Source of the DNA: Gammaproteobacteria bacterium
GTDB lineage: Bacteria > Pseudomonadota > Gammaproteobacteria > QZLD01
DNA length: 64,000 bases
Reading direction: 5' to 3'
NCBI GenBank assembly: GCA_004796365.1
Contig: QZLE01000074.1
Location: 12,028 to 76,027, forward strand
A program made the translations under genes and the position numbers. Below, one piece after another: positions 1-11,000 of the stretch. Every line of letters starts with the position of its first letter. Position 1 is the stretch's first letter. The notes under the pieces are model-generated. The model saw only the letters and a list, made by a program, of their open reading frames with translations, was not told the DNA's origin and did not search any database.

Positions 1-56
1 GCGGATGCCGAAAAAGATAGTGAAACTAATAGTGTCGAAATTATAAATCTCTTCAT
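1..56 (-). CDS. 5' end (about 18 codons) of an exported protein that runs off the left edge of the window
   Basis: The reverse complement of 1..56 reads ATG AAG AGA TTT ATA ATT TCG ACA CTA TTA GTT TCA CTA TCT TTT TCG GCA TCC = MKRFIISTLLVSLSFSAS, a signal-peptide-like N-terminus. A GAGGA Shine-Dalgarno (TCCTC at 64..68 on the + strand) sits 7 nt upstream. It is truncated, so it is absent from the ORF track. Confidence 0.4.
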   Translation of the reverse strand, partial: MKRFIISTLLVSLSFSAS

Positions 57-312
57 CACACAATCCTCATATTTAGTTTTATTAAGTTAATTTTTATAGG
101 CATAAATGAGCATATCAGCATGTACTTATAATGACAATTACATATGGGTTACAATATTGTTAAATGTGAATAAGCTCACTTATTCAAACAAAAATATAAG
201 GGGGAATTGAATTGGCATGCTAAACCATGCAAAAAATCAAACCATGCGTAGTAACAGTCGTATGGGTGCGCGCTAATGGTCTTTCTAATTTTCAATTTAT
301 ATTGAAAAGACC

Positions 313-2016
313 CTAAACCTGGGTAATATTGTCAATCGCTGGTGTTTTCTGCACTATGGGTAATCTACGACCGATACCGAATGATTTGCGATGTACCCTA
401 ATAATGGGTGGAGCCTGTCTGCGCTTGTATTCTGCTAGGTCAACCATTCTTATAATTCTTTCAATATCATCAAATCCAGCTTGTTCAATAATCTGCCTTT
501 CTTTTTCAAGCTCCTCATCGGTTAGCATTTCATGTTCGATGTAGATCCTTAAAACGGCATCAAGAACAGGATAGGGTGGCAGGGAATCGGTATCTTTTTG
601 TCCTTCGGATAATTCAGCCGAGGGCTCTTTTTCAATAATTTCCTGTGGAATGATCTCCCTACCGTTTAGGTGATTTATATATTCAGAGAGGGCATACACC
701 TCCATTTTGTACAGATCCCCCAGAAGGTTTAATCCTCCATTCATATCTCCATATAAGGTTGCATACCCCACCGAAAGCTCGCTCTTATTACCAGTCGAAA
801 GTAGCATTGACCCAAAGTGATTTGAATATTCCATCAAAATCTGGCCACGAATACGTGCCTGCATGTTTTCTTTAGTAAGCTTCGAAGGCTTTTGGTTATA
901 AGATTTTGTAAATCTATCTACTGCAAGGTCAAATGCATCTTTGATAGAAATCTCAAACAGCTCTACATCTAAATTGTCACACAGATCTTTCGAGTCATTA
1001 ACACTGCCACTTGATGAAAAATGGCTGGGCATAGTGATAGCCTTGACGTTTTCCGCGCCTAGAGCTGCGGTAGCAAGGGCTATGGTTAGCGCACTATCGA
1101 TTCCACCTGAGGAGCCAACTACTACAGACTTAAATCCACATTTTGCTGTATAATCTCGCAATCCCATTATGATCTGCTTGTATATAAGCTCATAGCAAGT
1201 AAGTGTGTTAGGCTGATCGTAATTATTAAACTCCGTATTGGCATTGACCTTGAGAGTGCCATCACTAAAATCAACTGACTGAACATCTTCAGCAAATGGG
1301 TCGCAAATCTGCAAATATTCACCGCAAGGATTAATAGCAAAACTATTGCCATCGAATATCAGCTCGTCATTTCCACCAACTTGGTTGATGTAAATAATTG
1401 GCTTTTTATACCTAATAGCTTTGTCTGTTAATAACTTCACACGTTCACTGTGCTTTTGGATATCAGCTGGTGAAGCATTAATACTTACCAACAAGTCGAT
1501 ATCTGCATCAACAAGCTCTTTAACCGGCTTGTTTTCATACTCAGGCTCAGATTCGCTATTCCAGGCGTCCTCACAGATCAAAAACCCGATTTTAGTATTA
1601 TTCAATTCAAAGACGCCGGGCAATTGTCCTGGTTCAAAATGACGCATTTCATCAAAAACGTTATACGTTGGCAAAAGTTGTTTGTGATATCTAAATACAA
1701 CCTTCCCTTTATGTATAACGCATAGTGCATTGTAATAATCTTTACCAATACCTTTATTTTTATCGATAAAGCCAATAACTATTGCAGCTTTAAATCGTTC
1801 GCTGCATTCAATAATCATCCCTATGTGTCTGTCTTGCTCTTCAACAAAACCACTTCTCTCAATCAGATCCATTGGATAGTAGCCCGTTACAGCTAGTTCT
1901 GAAAAAACAATAAGGTCTGCATCATTTCCATAATTGGAAATTACATCAAGGATTTTTTCGGTATTGCCTGTAAAATTTCCTACAGTGAAATTACATTGTG
2001 CAGCTACTATTTTCAT
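313..2016 (-). CDS. nadE: Glutamine-dependent NAD+ synthetase (CN-hydrolase glutaminase domain fused to an NAD synthetase domain)
   Basis: 567 aa. The N-terminal half has the nitrilase-type Glu/Lys/Cys contexts FSELAVTGY, HKQLLPTYNVFDE and GFLICEDAW. The C-terminal half has the PP-loop VVGSSGGIDSAL. Confidence 0.9.
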   Translation of the reverse strand: MKIVAAQCNFTVGNFTGNTEKILDVISNYGNDADLIVFSELAVTGYYPMDLIERSGFVEEQDRHIGMIIECSERFKAAIVIGFIDKNKGIGKDYYNALCVIHKGKVVFRYHKQLLPTYNVFDEMRHFEPGQLPGVFELNNTKIGFLICEDAWNSESEPEYENKPVKELVDADIDLLVSINASPADIQKHSERVKLLTDKAIRYKKPIIYINQVGGNDELIFDGNSFAINPCGEYLQICDPFAEDVQSVDFSDGTLKVNANTEFNNYDQPNTLTCYELIYKQIIMGLRDYTAKCGFKSVVVGSSGGIDSALTIALATAALGAENVKAITMPSHFSSSGSVNDSKDLCDNLDVELFEISIKDAFDLAVDRFTKSYNQKPSKLTKENMQARIRGQILMEYSNHFGSMLLSTGNKSELSVGYATLYGDMNGGLNLLGDLYKMEVYALSEYINHLNGREIIPQEIIEKEPSAELSEGQKDTDSLPPYPVLDAVLRIYIEHEMLTDEELEKERQIIEQAGFDDIERIIRMVDLAEYKRRQAPPIIRVHRKSFGIGRRLPIVQKTPAIDNITQV

Positions 2017-2203
2017 ATCTTTCCTACATCTAAAATTTTAGCCATTATAATGTAATGAATCTGTCAGCAAAATAAATTTATTCTGTTGGTATAGGATTGG
2101 CAAAACTAGTTGGCAAATATACGAAAAACTTTATGAAATATTCAGAATAGATATAATATTTCAAACCTTTTTGAATTACTGAACTAAAATTACTAATAAA
2201 GAG

Positions 2204-2524
2204 ATGAGCGAAGATAGAGATTTAGAAAAAGAAGAGGGTGTCGCGGTCCAGGAGGCAAAGCCAAAACTCGGCCAGCCTAAAAGGTACAAAGTTGTTTTAC
2301 TTAATGACGACTATACCCCGATGGATTTTGTAGTGCACGTTCTTGAATACTTTTTCCAGATGGATAGGCCGCAGGCAACACAAGTTATGTTGCAGGTTCA
2401 TACACAAGGTAAGGGTGTGTGTGGTATTTATCCTCGGGATATAGCAGAGACCAAAGAAGAACAGGTCAATCGATATTCAAGGGCGGAACAACATCCGCTA
2501 ATGTGTGTCATAGAAGAAGCATAG
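2204..2524 (+). CDS. clpS: ATP-dependent Clp protease adaptor ClpS
   Basis: 106 aa with the typical ClpS core [24 protein letters not shown]. It lies directly upstream of clpA. Confidence 0.92.
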   Translation: MSEDRDLEKEEGVAVQEAKPKLGQPKRYKVVLLNDDYTPMDFVVHVLEYFFQMDRPQATQVMLQVHTQGKGVCGIYPRDIAETKEEQVNRYSRAEQHPLMCVIEEA

Positions 2525-2619
2525 AGATCTTTATCTTTCATTAATTACAATAATACGTTGTGTTGTGCATGAGCCGTCAAAAATTGCGGCGATTGCTTTA
2601 AAAAAGAGGTGGCCTTCAA

Positions 2620-4896
2620 ATGTTAGGCAAAGAATTAGAATTTACCCTTAATATGGCATTCAAAGAAGCACGTGAGAAGAATCACGAGTTTCTTACAGTA
2701 GAGCATATGCTGCTGGCATTATTGGATAATTTATCCGCTTTGAATGTTCTTCGTGCCTGTGGCGCTGATCTATTAATCCTGCGTAATGAGTTAGAGCAAT
2801 ATATTAAGGAAACAACCCCTCTGCTTTCTGAGCAAGACACCAGGGAAACCCAGCCAACGCTTGGTTTCCAACGCGTATTGCAAAGAGCAATTTTTCACGT
2901 TCAATCTTCTGGAAGTGATGAGGTTACTGGGGCAAATGTGCTGGTAGCTATCTTCAGTGAACAGGAGTCTCAGGCAGTATACCTACTGCATACTCAAGAC
3001 ATTTCAAGACTTGATGTTGTTAACTATATTTCACACGGTATCGCTAAGGTTGACGGTTATGAATCTATTGAGCAGAAAAAAACTGAGCCTGAGCAGGAAG
3101 CAGCAGAAGAGAATGAAACAAAAGAGAAAAGCCCTTTAGAGCTTTACGCTATCAACCTTAATCACCGTGCTGAAGAAGGAAAGATAGATCCTTTAGTTGG
3201 GCGAGATAAAGAGATAGAGCGTTCAATTCAGATTCTTTCGCGTAGACGTAAGAATAATCCTCTTTTGGTCGGTGAAGCAGGTGTTGGTAAAACTGCAATC
3301 GCCGAAGGTTTAGCAAAACGAATTGTAGAGAAGGATGTTCCCGAAGCACTGAGCGATGAAACCATCTTTTCACTCGATTTAGGAGCGTTGGTCGCAGGAA
3401 CAAAATATCGTGGTGATTTTGAAAAACGTTTTAAATCATTGCTTGCTGCATTAAATGAGCAGGATAACGTTATTCTATTTATTGATGAAATACATACCAT
3501 TATTGGAGCCGGATCTGCGTCAGGCGGAGTGATGGATGCGTCGAATCTAATAAAACCTGCACTGGCAAACGGTGAACTTAAATGCATGGGTTCGACTACG
3601 TATAACGAATATAGAGGTATTTTTGAAAAGGATAGGGCGCTTGCTCGCAGGTTCCAAAAGATTGATGTGCTAGAACCTTCTATTAATGAAACCTATGAAA
3701 TACTGAAGGGCCTTAAGCCTAAATACGAAGATTACCACAACGTTAAGTACTCTGCCAAAGGCTTAAAATGTGCGGCAGAGCTTTCAGCTCGTTACATTAA
3801 CGAAAGATACCTGCCAGACAAGGCTATTGACGTTATTGATGAGGCGGGGGCAAATCTTAAAATTTATGGTGCCGATAAGCGCAAAAAAACCGTAGGTGTA
3901 AAAGAGATTGAAGAAGTAATCGCACGGATAGCCAGGGTTCCTATGAAGAGTGTCTCGTCAAATGACAAGCAGATACTTAAGAATCTTGAGCGTAACCTCA
4001 AAATGGTTATTTTTGGGCAAGATACCGCGATTGAAGGTGTGTGCTCTTCAATTAAAACTTCCAGAGCTGGACTTGGAAATACTGAAAAACCTATCGGATC
4101 CTTTCTTTTTGCAGGGCCGACCGGTGTTGGGAAAACTGAGGTTGCAAAGCAATTAGCCAAAACAATGGGTGTTGAGTTTTTACGCTTTGATATGTCTGAA
4201 TATATGGAAAAGCACACTATTTCGCGTTTGATAGGTGCTCCTCCAGGGTATGTTGGATTCGATCAGAATGGGTTGCTTACTGAGTCTGTCCTTAATCATC
4301 CTCATTCAGTTGTTTTATTGGATGAGATTGAAAAGGCAAACCCAGAGATCTTTAACATACTGCTCCAGGTTATGGATCATGGTACCTTAACTGATAATAA
4401 TGGCCGCAAGATAGATTTTAAAAACGTAATTTTAATCATGACAACCAATGCAGGTGCGTTTGAACTGGACAAAGCATCCATTGGGTTTGCGGTTCAAGAT
4501 CACAGCACAGACGGGATGCAAGCCATTAATCGTATGTTCTCACCTGAATTTAGAAACAGAATTGACTCCATTGTTCAGTTTAATCAGCTTGATGCCGCAA
4601 CGATTGACCAGGTGGTTGATAAGTTCATCTACGAGCTTGAATCGCAGCTGCATGAGAAGTCAGTGACTATAGATGTTAGTGAAGCTGCTCGTGAGTGGAT
4701 TGGAAAACATGGCTACGACCCAAAGATGGGTGCTCGCCCAATGAGTCGCGTCATCCAGGACAATATTAGAAAACCTCTTTCTGAGGAGCTATTGTTCGGC
4801 CGCTTAACTAAAGGCGGAAATGTTTTTGTTATTGTTAAAGACGATAAGATAGAATTTGAGATTACAGAAACAGTGTCAAAAGAGTTGGTTCATTAA
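2620..4896 (+). CDS. clpA: ATP-dependent Clp protease ATP-binding subunit ClpA
   Basis: 758 aa with a Clp N-domain and two AAA+ modules. Walker A motifs are GEAGVGKTAIAEGLA and GPTGVGKTEVAKQLA; Walker B motifs are ILFIDEIH and VVLLDEIEKA. Confidence 0.95.
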   Translation: MLGKELEFTLNMAFKEAREKNHEFLTVEHMLLALLDNLSALNVLRACGADLLILRNELEQYIKETTPLLSEQDTRETQPTLGFQRVLQRAIFHVQSSGSDEVTGANVLVAIFSEQESQAVYLLHTQDISRLDVVNYISHGIAKVDGYESIEQKKTEPEQEAAEENETKEKSPLELYAINLNHRAEEGKIDPLVGRDKEIERSIQILSRRRKNNPLLVGEAGVGKTAIAEGLAKRIVEKDVPEALSDETIFSLDLGALVAGTKYRGDFEKRFKSLLAALNEQDNVILFIDEIHTIIGAGSASGGVMDASNLIKPALANGELKCMGSTTYNEYRGIFEKDRALARRFQKIDVLEPSINETYEILKGLKPKYEDYHNVKYSAKGLKCAAELSARYINERYLPDKAIDVIDEAGANLKIYGADKRKKTVGVKEIEEVIARIARVPMKSVSSNDKQILKNLERNLKMVIFGQDTAIEGVCSSIKTSRAGLGNTEKPIGSFLFAGPTGVGKTEVAKQLAKTMGVEFLRFDMSEYMEKHTISRLIGAPPGYVGFDQNGLLTESVLNHPHSVVLLDEIEKANPEIFNILLQVMDHGTLTDNNGRKIDFKNVILIMTTNAGAFELDKASIGFAVQDHSTDGMQAINRMFSPEFRNRIDSIVQFNQLDAATIDQVVDKFIYELESQLHEKSVTIDVSEAAREWIGKHGYDPKMGARPMSRVIQDNIRKPLSEELLFGRLTKGGNVFVIVKDDKIEFEITETVSKELVH

Positions 4897-4900
4897 AGGT

Positions 4901-4938
4901 TAAAACCAATTAACCGTTCATACGTTGATTGGAGGGTA
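4901..4938. terminator. Hairpin between convergent clpA and the methyltransferase-fold gene (candidate bidirectional terminator)
   Basis: Perfect 12-bp stem TAACCGTTCATA (4901..4912) / TATGAACGGTTA (4927..4938) with a 14-nt loop. It starts 5 nt after the clpA stop and ends 19 nt before the converging stop. There is no clean U-tract. Confidence 0.45.
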
Positions 4939-4956
4939 TGAACGGTTATAGCGTTA

Positions 4957-5706
4957 TTATCTATTTTCTACCCTGTACTCATAATTTCTGTAAAACCCTT
5001 TAAAAACTAGCTCCTTATGAGTATTTACAATTTTCTTGCCCGATCTTTCTGCGCATTCCTCCAATACCGAATCCAGGTTTTCTTCTATAAAACCAGGGAC
5101 ATAAGGTTCAAAGAATCCAAGAATTTTTCTCGAGGGCCAAAAAGTATGGAAAAAGTGGGTTTTGGTGCGTTCACCATATTCAGTAATTATCAGGTGGCCG
5201 CCTGGCTCTGTTACACGTACAGCTTCAGCAAGAACGTTTTTTCTTGATTCAGGCGGTAATTCATGTAGCAAAAAGAAAATTAAGCTCGCGTCAAAGCTGT
5301 TATCTTCAAAAGACAGGTTTTCAGCATTCATCCTGATTAAATTATTGGCCTGTTCGGCAGTTTCAGGTTGAGCACGCAGTTTGCGTGCGGCAGAATCCAG
5401 TTGACCCTGGGTAATATCTATCAAGTGATATTCGCTGTCAGCGTTATCCTGTTTTAGTTGCTTAGCCAAATCCGGAGTAATAGAACCATAAACGGCTGTA
5501 ATCTGCAGGGTTTTCTTTGGCATTATTCTTTTAAAGCGCTCCAGAGTCTTTTTAACAAGTTTTTTGTAATTTCCAAAAAGTATCATATTGACCAGAGGTT
5601 CATGATCCCAAAACCAGATCCCGAAAGGCCATACATAAGCCCACCAATAGTTACGAGCAAGGTATTCAGGAGTACCGTCTTTATGAAATTTTTTCCAGAT
5701 TGCCAT
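4957..5706 (-). CDS. Class I methyltransferase-fold protein with a degenerate SAM motif I; RquA-like (putative rhodoquinone biosynthesis)
   Basis: 249 aa. The N-terminus reads PEYLARNYWWAYVWPFGIWFWDHEPLVNMILFGNY. The position of motif I reads KTLQITAVYGSITPDL instead of the canonical xLDxGCGxG. By my recollection both traits match the RquA family. The methyltransferase post-I/II regions (HLIDIT, RMNAENLSF, FLLHELP) are retained. Confidence 0.5.
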   Translation of the reverse strand: MAIWKKFHKDGTPEYLARNYWWAYVWPFGIWFWDHEPLVNMILFGNYKKLVKKTLERFKRIMPKKTLQITAVYGSITPDLAKQLKQDNADSEYHLIDITQGQLDSAARKLRAQPETAEQANNLIRMNAENLSFEDNSFDASLIFFLLHELPPESRKNVLAEAVRVTEPGGHLIITEYGERTKTHFFHTFWPSRKILGFFEPYVPGFIEENLDSVLEECAERSGKKIVNTHKELVFKGFYRNYEYRVENR

Positions 5707-6032
5707 TATTGTGTCCGTTCCAAAGAAAAAAAGAAGCAGAATTATAAACTAAATACACATAACCCGTAAGTATTTTGCATAGAGTATTGATGCATAAAAG
5801 CTGCAAATAGTTGTCAGGAAAATTAAATATTTTGACATTGAAAACTGGATGCGCAATAAAATTAACTTCTGGTTTTCAATCATCTATATAAATAATGTAA
5901 AGTAAAACCTATATAAGAAATAGTTAAACGATTTAAAACGTGCTTTGTGTCACATAAATCAGTCCGTTGCCATACTAAATTTATAATACCCTGATACAAA
6001 ATGGTTAAGAGAATTATTAATCATTTTCATTG

Positions 6033-6084
6033 TTAAACACAAAAAGGAGCACTGGATAACCCGTGCTCCTTTTTGTGTGTTTAA
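6033..6084. terminator. Orphan bidirectional intrinsic-terminator-like hairpin in a divergent intergenic region
   Basis: ACACAAAAAGGAGCAC (6037..6052) pairs perfectly with GTGCTCCTTTTTGTGT (6063..6078) around a 10-nt loop. The GC core GGAGCAC/GTGCTCC is followed by a T-rich tract on both strands. No annotated gene ends here. Confidence 0.55.
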
Positions 6085-6189
6085 TGTTAGTATATTGAAT
6101 ATTTTAAAACTTGGGGTTATGGGTGCAGTTACAAGTAAAACGATTGCTTTTGCAGTTATAATCAGCTTTTTTTGTTATAGGGATTTTTC

Positions 6190-7002
6190 ATGGAAATTAT
6201 CCAAATTAAAGAAATTATTGAAGATGCTGATGCGATTTTAATAGGTGCTGGAGCAGGCATGGGTGTTGATTCTGGGCTGCCTGATTTTCGCGGCAATAGA
6301 GGTTTTTGGAAGGCATATCCAGCAATTGAAAAGCTTGGATATTCTTTTTCTGAGATGGCAAACCCCAGGTGGTTCCATGAAAATCCACGCCTAGCATGGG
6401 GATTTTATGGTCATAGACTGAATTTGTACCGTGATACCAAACCTCATGATGGATTCTATCAGATCTTGAAATATGCTGAACGCAAGCAAGGGGGTGTTTT
6501 TGTATTTACATCTAATGTTGATGGGCAATTCCAAAAGGCTGGGTTTACTGAAAACACTATAGTCGAATGCCATGGTTCCATCCATCACGTTCAGTGTTTA
6601 AGGGGATGTTCAGAAATTATTAGTGCAAATACTATTGATGTAAAAGTTGATATGACAACCTTTTTGGCAAACGAACCACTACCAAAATGCCGGGCTTGCG
6701 GCGCATTGCTTAGGCCAAATATCTTGATGTTCGGTGATTGGGAGTGGGATGGAGAACGCACTGATATTCAAAATAGAAATTTTGAAGAATGGCTCGATGC
6801 AAACAAAGATTCAAATATTGTAATTCTTGAATTTGGTGCAGGTAAAGCTGTTCCTACAGTCCGCTACATGTGTGAACGAATTGCAGGTGATTTTAATGCA
6901 TCTTTAGTAAGAGTTAACCCCAGAGATGCTGACGGTCCTTCTTGTACCTTGGGGATTGAATTAGGAGCCTTAGCTTTTTTTGAAGAATTAAATAAGTACT
7001 AG
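6190..7002 (+). CDS. SIR2-family NAD-dependent protein deacylase (sirtuin)
   Basis: 270 aa. It has the Rossmann NAD motif GAGAGMGVDSGLPDFRG, the catalytic ECHGS(I)H motif, and zinc-ribbon Cys pairs CLRGC and CRAC. Confidence 0.85.
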   Translation: MEIIQIKEIIEDADAILIGAGAGMGVDSGLPDFRGNRGFWKAYPAIEKLGYSFSEMANPRWFHENPRLAWGFYGHRLNLYRDTKPHDGFYQILKYAERKQGGVFVFTSNVDGQFQKAGFTENTIVECHGSIHHVQCLRGCSEIISANTIDVKVDMTTFLANEPLPKCRACGALLRPNILMFGDWEWDGERTDIQNRNFEEWLDANKDSNIVILEFGAGKAVPTVRYMCERIAGDFNASLVRVNPRDADGPSCTLGIELGALAFFEELNKY

Positions 7003-7244
7003 GTATTCCTATTGATAGATATAGGAACACCACAAGAGAGGGAGAGTTCCCTTGTGGTGCTTGGAGCTACATAATTATTGACACATCTTAAAGATATGAT
7101 GTCAATAACAATATACTACAATGATGAAACATCTATAACAAAAGGTTTTTATGCTAAATGTGAGGGCATTAACATCAAAGATGAACATTGGTCATCAATT
7201 GTGACGGCATCGTTATTTTTTCCCATTTATTTCTTTCTAGTATG

Positions 7245-7925
7245 TCAGACTCTAGGCCATTTAATCGTCATTAGATCAGGCAAGTTGCTCAAAGCTTGAT
7301 GGAATTCAGCGCCTAAAAAAAGTACTCCATATGTTGGAATGCACTTAAAATCATATTTTTTTCCCTTGAGGCTAAAGTGAAGAGCGAATGCATGCAAATA
7401 TGTACGGTCATATTTTTTGCTATCAGAAGAGTATATAGGATCGCCACATATTGGTGCTCCGATACTTTTTAATGCCACCCGGATTTGATGTGTTTTACCT
7501 GTAATTGGGCGTATCAAATAAAGGCGAACCCCGCTTTGTATTGGGTATGAAAAGAATTGCGTAATTGCCGGTGATTTAAACGACATATTTAGTTTCCAAC
7601 TTCCGCGACGAGATCTGGACATGTCACCTTTAATGGTGCCTTGCTTTTTTGCAGGTCGCTTTGCTGAAATGGCCAAGTAGAACTTATCTATTTGCTTGGT
7701 CTCGAACAATTTTCCTAATTCAGCAGCAGTTTCTTTATCCTTTGCAAATATTAATAGCCCCGATGTTGCCTTGTCTAACCTGTGGACAGGGTAAAGCAAA
7801 TCTATTCGTAAGTGCTCCTTTAGTTGAGTAAAAATTCCGCTTTCTTGATTATCATTATGAAAGCCAATACCAGGTTGTTTATCTATGATAATAAAGTGAT
7901 TATTTTCAAAAATTACTGTAAACAA
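7245..7925 (-). CDS. RluA-family pseudouridine synthase
   Basis: 226 aa with the catalytic Asp motif VHRLDKATSGLLIFAK and the downstream GKTHQIRV motif. Confidence 0.85.
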   Translation of the reverse strand: MFTVIFENNHFIIIDKQPGIGFHNDNQESGIFTQLKEHLRIDLLYPVHRLDKATSGLLIFAKDKETAAELGKLFETKQIDKFYLAISAKRPAKKQGTIKGDMSRSRRGSWKLNMSFKSPAITQFFSYPIQSGVRLYLIRPITGKTHQIRVALKSIGAPICGDPIYSSDSKKYDRTYLHAFALHFSLKGKKYDFKCIPTYGVLFLGAEFHQALSNLPDLMTIKWPRV

Positions 7926-8005
7926 ATCTAGGTTCTCGCTTCTGACGATTTTCGGAAAAATTTAATAAAAAATTAACACATTTATGCAGCAAATATCATT
8001 GAAAT

Positions 8006-11000
8006 ATGCTCAAGATGAGCTTTAATTATAAGAGAAAGTTTCCAATAAATTTAACAATTTATACATTGGAATTTTTTTTGCTTCCCCGGCAGAAAAAACG
8101 AGACATTTCAATTTCAGAAGTATATCATTACTTTGTTGTTTGCTTGCAATTATATACGGAGATTTTAGTGCAAGTTAAGTCCAATCTGGATACTGTTATA
8201 TCTATAGATGCCACGAAGTTGTCACGGGCAAATAGTCGAATTTCTGTTTTAGAAGCAGAAATCGAGTTGCTGTCTCAATTAGCTGCCTCCGACCATATCG
8301 ATCACACAATAACTAAACTATCTGAATTCATTAATAATAGATGGGGGTTTAATATATTTGGATTGCAGATTTGTGATAATGCCACGCAAAAATTAGTGTT
8401 CCATAAGCTGATAAAAGCAGATTCAATTGGTTCCAATTACTCTTCGTTAGATAATTTTGTACTACCTCTTGATTCTGCGAAGAGCATTTCAGTTGATGCA
8501 GCTGTCGACAAACGTTTTCAATATCACTCACTTGAGGATTTGAGTGAATCTGAATATGACTTTGATGCCAAAATCACTGCGAAACTTGGTTTAAAAAGCA
8601 TGTTGTACATACCAGTAATAGCTGGTGAAAATTCAATTGGTGTGATTAGGATTTCATCCAGTAATGGAAGAATAAGAGTTGTTCCAGAAACTGTTGATGA
8701 AATCATTTCTTTGGTTTCAAAGGTTTCAGCAATAGTTGCAAACAAATTGCAGGTATCGCAGATTGAACGGCAGAATCAAGTACAAAACAGAAACCTTAAA
8801 CTTGTCCATGACCTCAGCGCGATAACTGATTTATCCAGGATTTCCGAGCTACTAGTTCAGGAGATTCTGACCATAGATTCCTTTGATGCAATTATGGTTA
8901 ATACGCTTGACGCTGAAAAACGAAACTTTTGTTGCAATTGCGTCTATCTGCCATCTCACTTATCGCCAATGCGCACAGTTCTTGAAGGCTTCAAATATAA
9001 ATTTGATATTAATTCACTAGATAACAGCTGGAATAAAACGCATAAACCGGTAAGGATCGAAAGTAGTCAGTTTGACTTTTGTTCTGCATTTGTAACTGAG
9101 CGTTGTCAAAAGTGGGATATGCAGCATCTTGTTGTCCTACCGGTACTAGTCTCTGGCTTCGCAATTGGGGCAGTTTATATTTTCAATCAGGATAAATGCA
9201 TAAAAGACAGCAAGATACAAAATATTTCAAATATTCTGAAGCTTTTTTCCGGGGCAATTTATAATGCAGCTAGAATTGAAATAGTAAATGCTAAAGAAGA
9301 CGAACTGCTTAAGATCGAATTAGGAAAGAAAAAATTTCTGAAATTTGTAGAGAAAATAAATCATATTTCTGAACCCCGAAAAATATATCAAAATATCGCA
9401 GATGAATTTATCAGATGGTTTCCATTTAATATGGCATCTATACATATGGTGGAAGGGGAACAGCTGTTAACTAAAAATATAACCCTCGACGATTCTGTTG
9501 AAGCATCAGTGATTAATGCTTTAAAAAAGGCTCATGAAGATATTAAATTACAAATGGTTCCTGGTGAGAGTGTACAGGTTTCGACTGTATTTAACGATTC
9601 AGTAACTCATATTCATGATGTGCAGCAAATAAAAGATCTACCAATGCCCGAAAAAGATGCATATTGCATACAATTTCTCACTGGGCTGCGCACAGTTGTT
9701 CATGTTCCAATAAGAATTGGGACCACTCCGGTTGGGGTATTGTCTTTATGGTCCTTTGTAGATACAGTCGATTTAACAAATGATGACATTAATCTCATCG
9801 AGCTTATTACATCTTTCTGCGGATCAACAATTAACAATGCGTTTTTGTTCAATACGGTCGAAGAGCAAAAGGATCAAATAGCATCTCAATATGATGAATT
9901 AAGTACAACCAGAGATCTTCTTGAAATAGCTCGTGATGATGCCGAAATGTCAGCTCAGGCAAAATCAGACTTTTTGGCAAATATGAGCCATGAAATTAGA
10001 ACACCAATGAATGCGATTTTAAATTTCGCTGAATTGGTGATGAAAACCAATCTTGCCCCCAAGCAGATTGACTATATTTCTAAAATTAAGAAGTCATCAG
10101 ATTCTCTGCTTGATATAATAAACGATATCCTTGACCTTTCTAAGATAGAAGCCAATAAATTTGAAATTAACGAATATGAGTTCGACATCATTGATGTATT
10201 AAATGATGTCAGTGATATATTTGTTGAGCGTTTTAAAACCAAAGGGTTGGGATTTTATGTTAATGGGGCAGCATTATTAAGAAATAGCTTTATTGGTGAC
10301 GCGCTCAGAATTAAACAAGTGTTAATAAATATAATAAACAATGCACTTAAGTTTACTCATGATGGTTATATTGAGCTAGGTGTAACTGCCAAAAATAAAT
10401 CTTCTTGCGACGAACTTCTTCTTGAATTTTATGTAAAAGATACAGGGATCGGCATTAGTTCAGAAAAGATAAACAGGCTATTTGATTCCTTTACACAAGC
10501 GGATTCCTCTATTACTCGTGAGTATGGTGGCACCGGTCTCGGTCTTACTATATCCAAGCAGTTGTGTACGATGATGGGAGGCGATATTGCTGTTGAGAGT
10601 ATTGTTGGCAAAGGTAGTATTTTCCACTTTGCCTTTAGTTTAAAGTCATCACCAACACCTAATCTAATCGACAAGCAAATTACTGCAGATATTTGTCATA
10701 AACGCGTTCTGCTAGTAAGCAATATGCCAGAGATGGCTGGTTCTTTCCTCGGTGTGCTTAGCCGTATTAACGCAAAAGCAGATTATATCGACTCAATTGA
10801 TGATCTTTCTGTATATGTTAAGAAAATGCAAACAGATAGTCGGGGTGTTGATCTGGTTATAATAGATGAAGACCTTTATACCCACGACAGTGTCGACCTG
10901 TTGGCAAAGCTTATCACAATTACCGGTGCCAAATGCATAGTTCTACAGTCAATAGAAAACCATGAAACCTATCTTTATTGCGATGCTATTGGAACCAAGC

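Noticed and set aside
6190-7002. The SIR2-domain protein as an anti-phage NADase effector (Thoeris/DSR-like)
   Set aside because: It has the full sirtuin deacylase signature: GAGxGxxSGLPDFRG, the catalytic HG...H and a CxxC...CxxC zinc ribbon. It is 270 aa and stands alone, with no partner sensor, TIR, helicase or other defence-type neighbour.
7078-7299. A 73-aa + strand ORF between the sirtuin and pseudouridine synthase genes
   Set aside because: It has a TTG start with no ribosome-binding site, its 3' end overlaps the converging rluA-family gene, and I recognise no motif.
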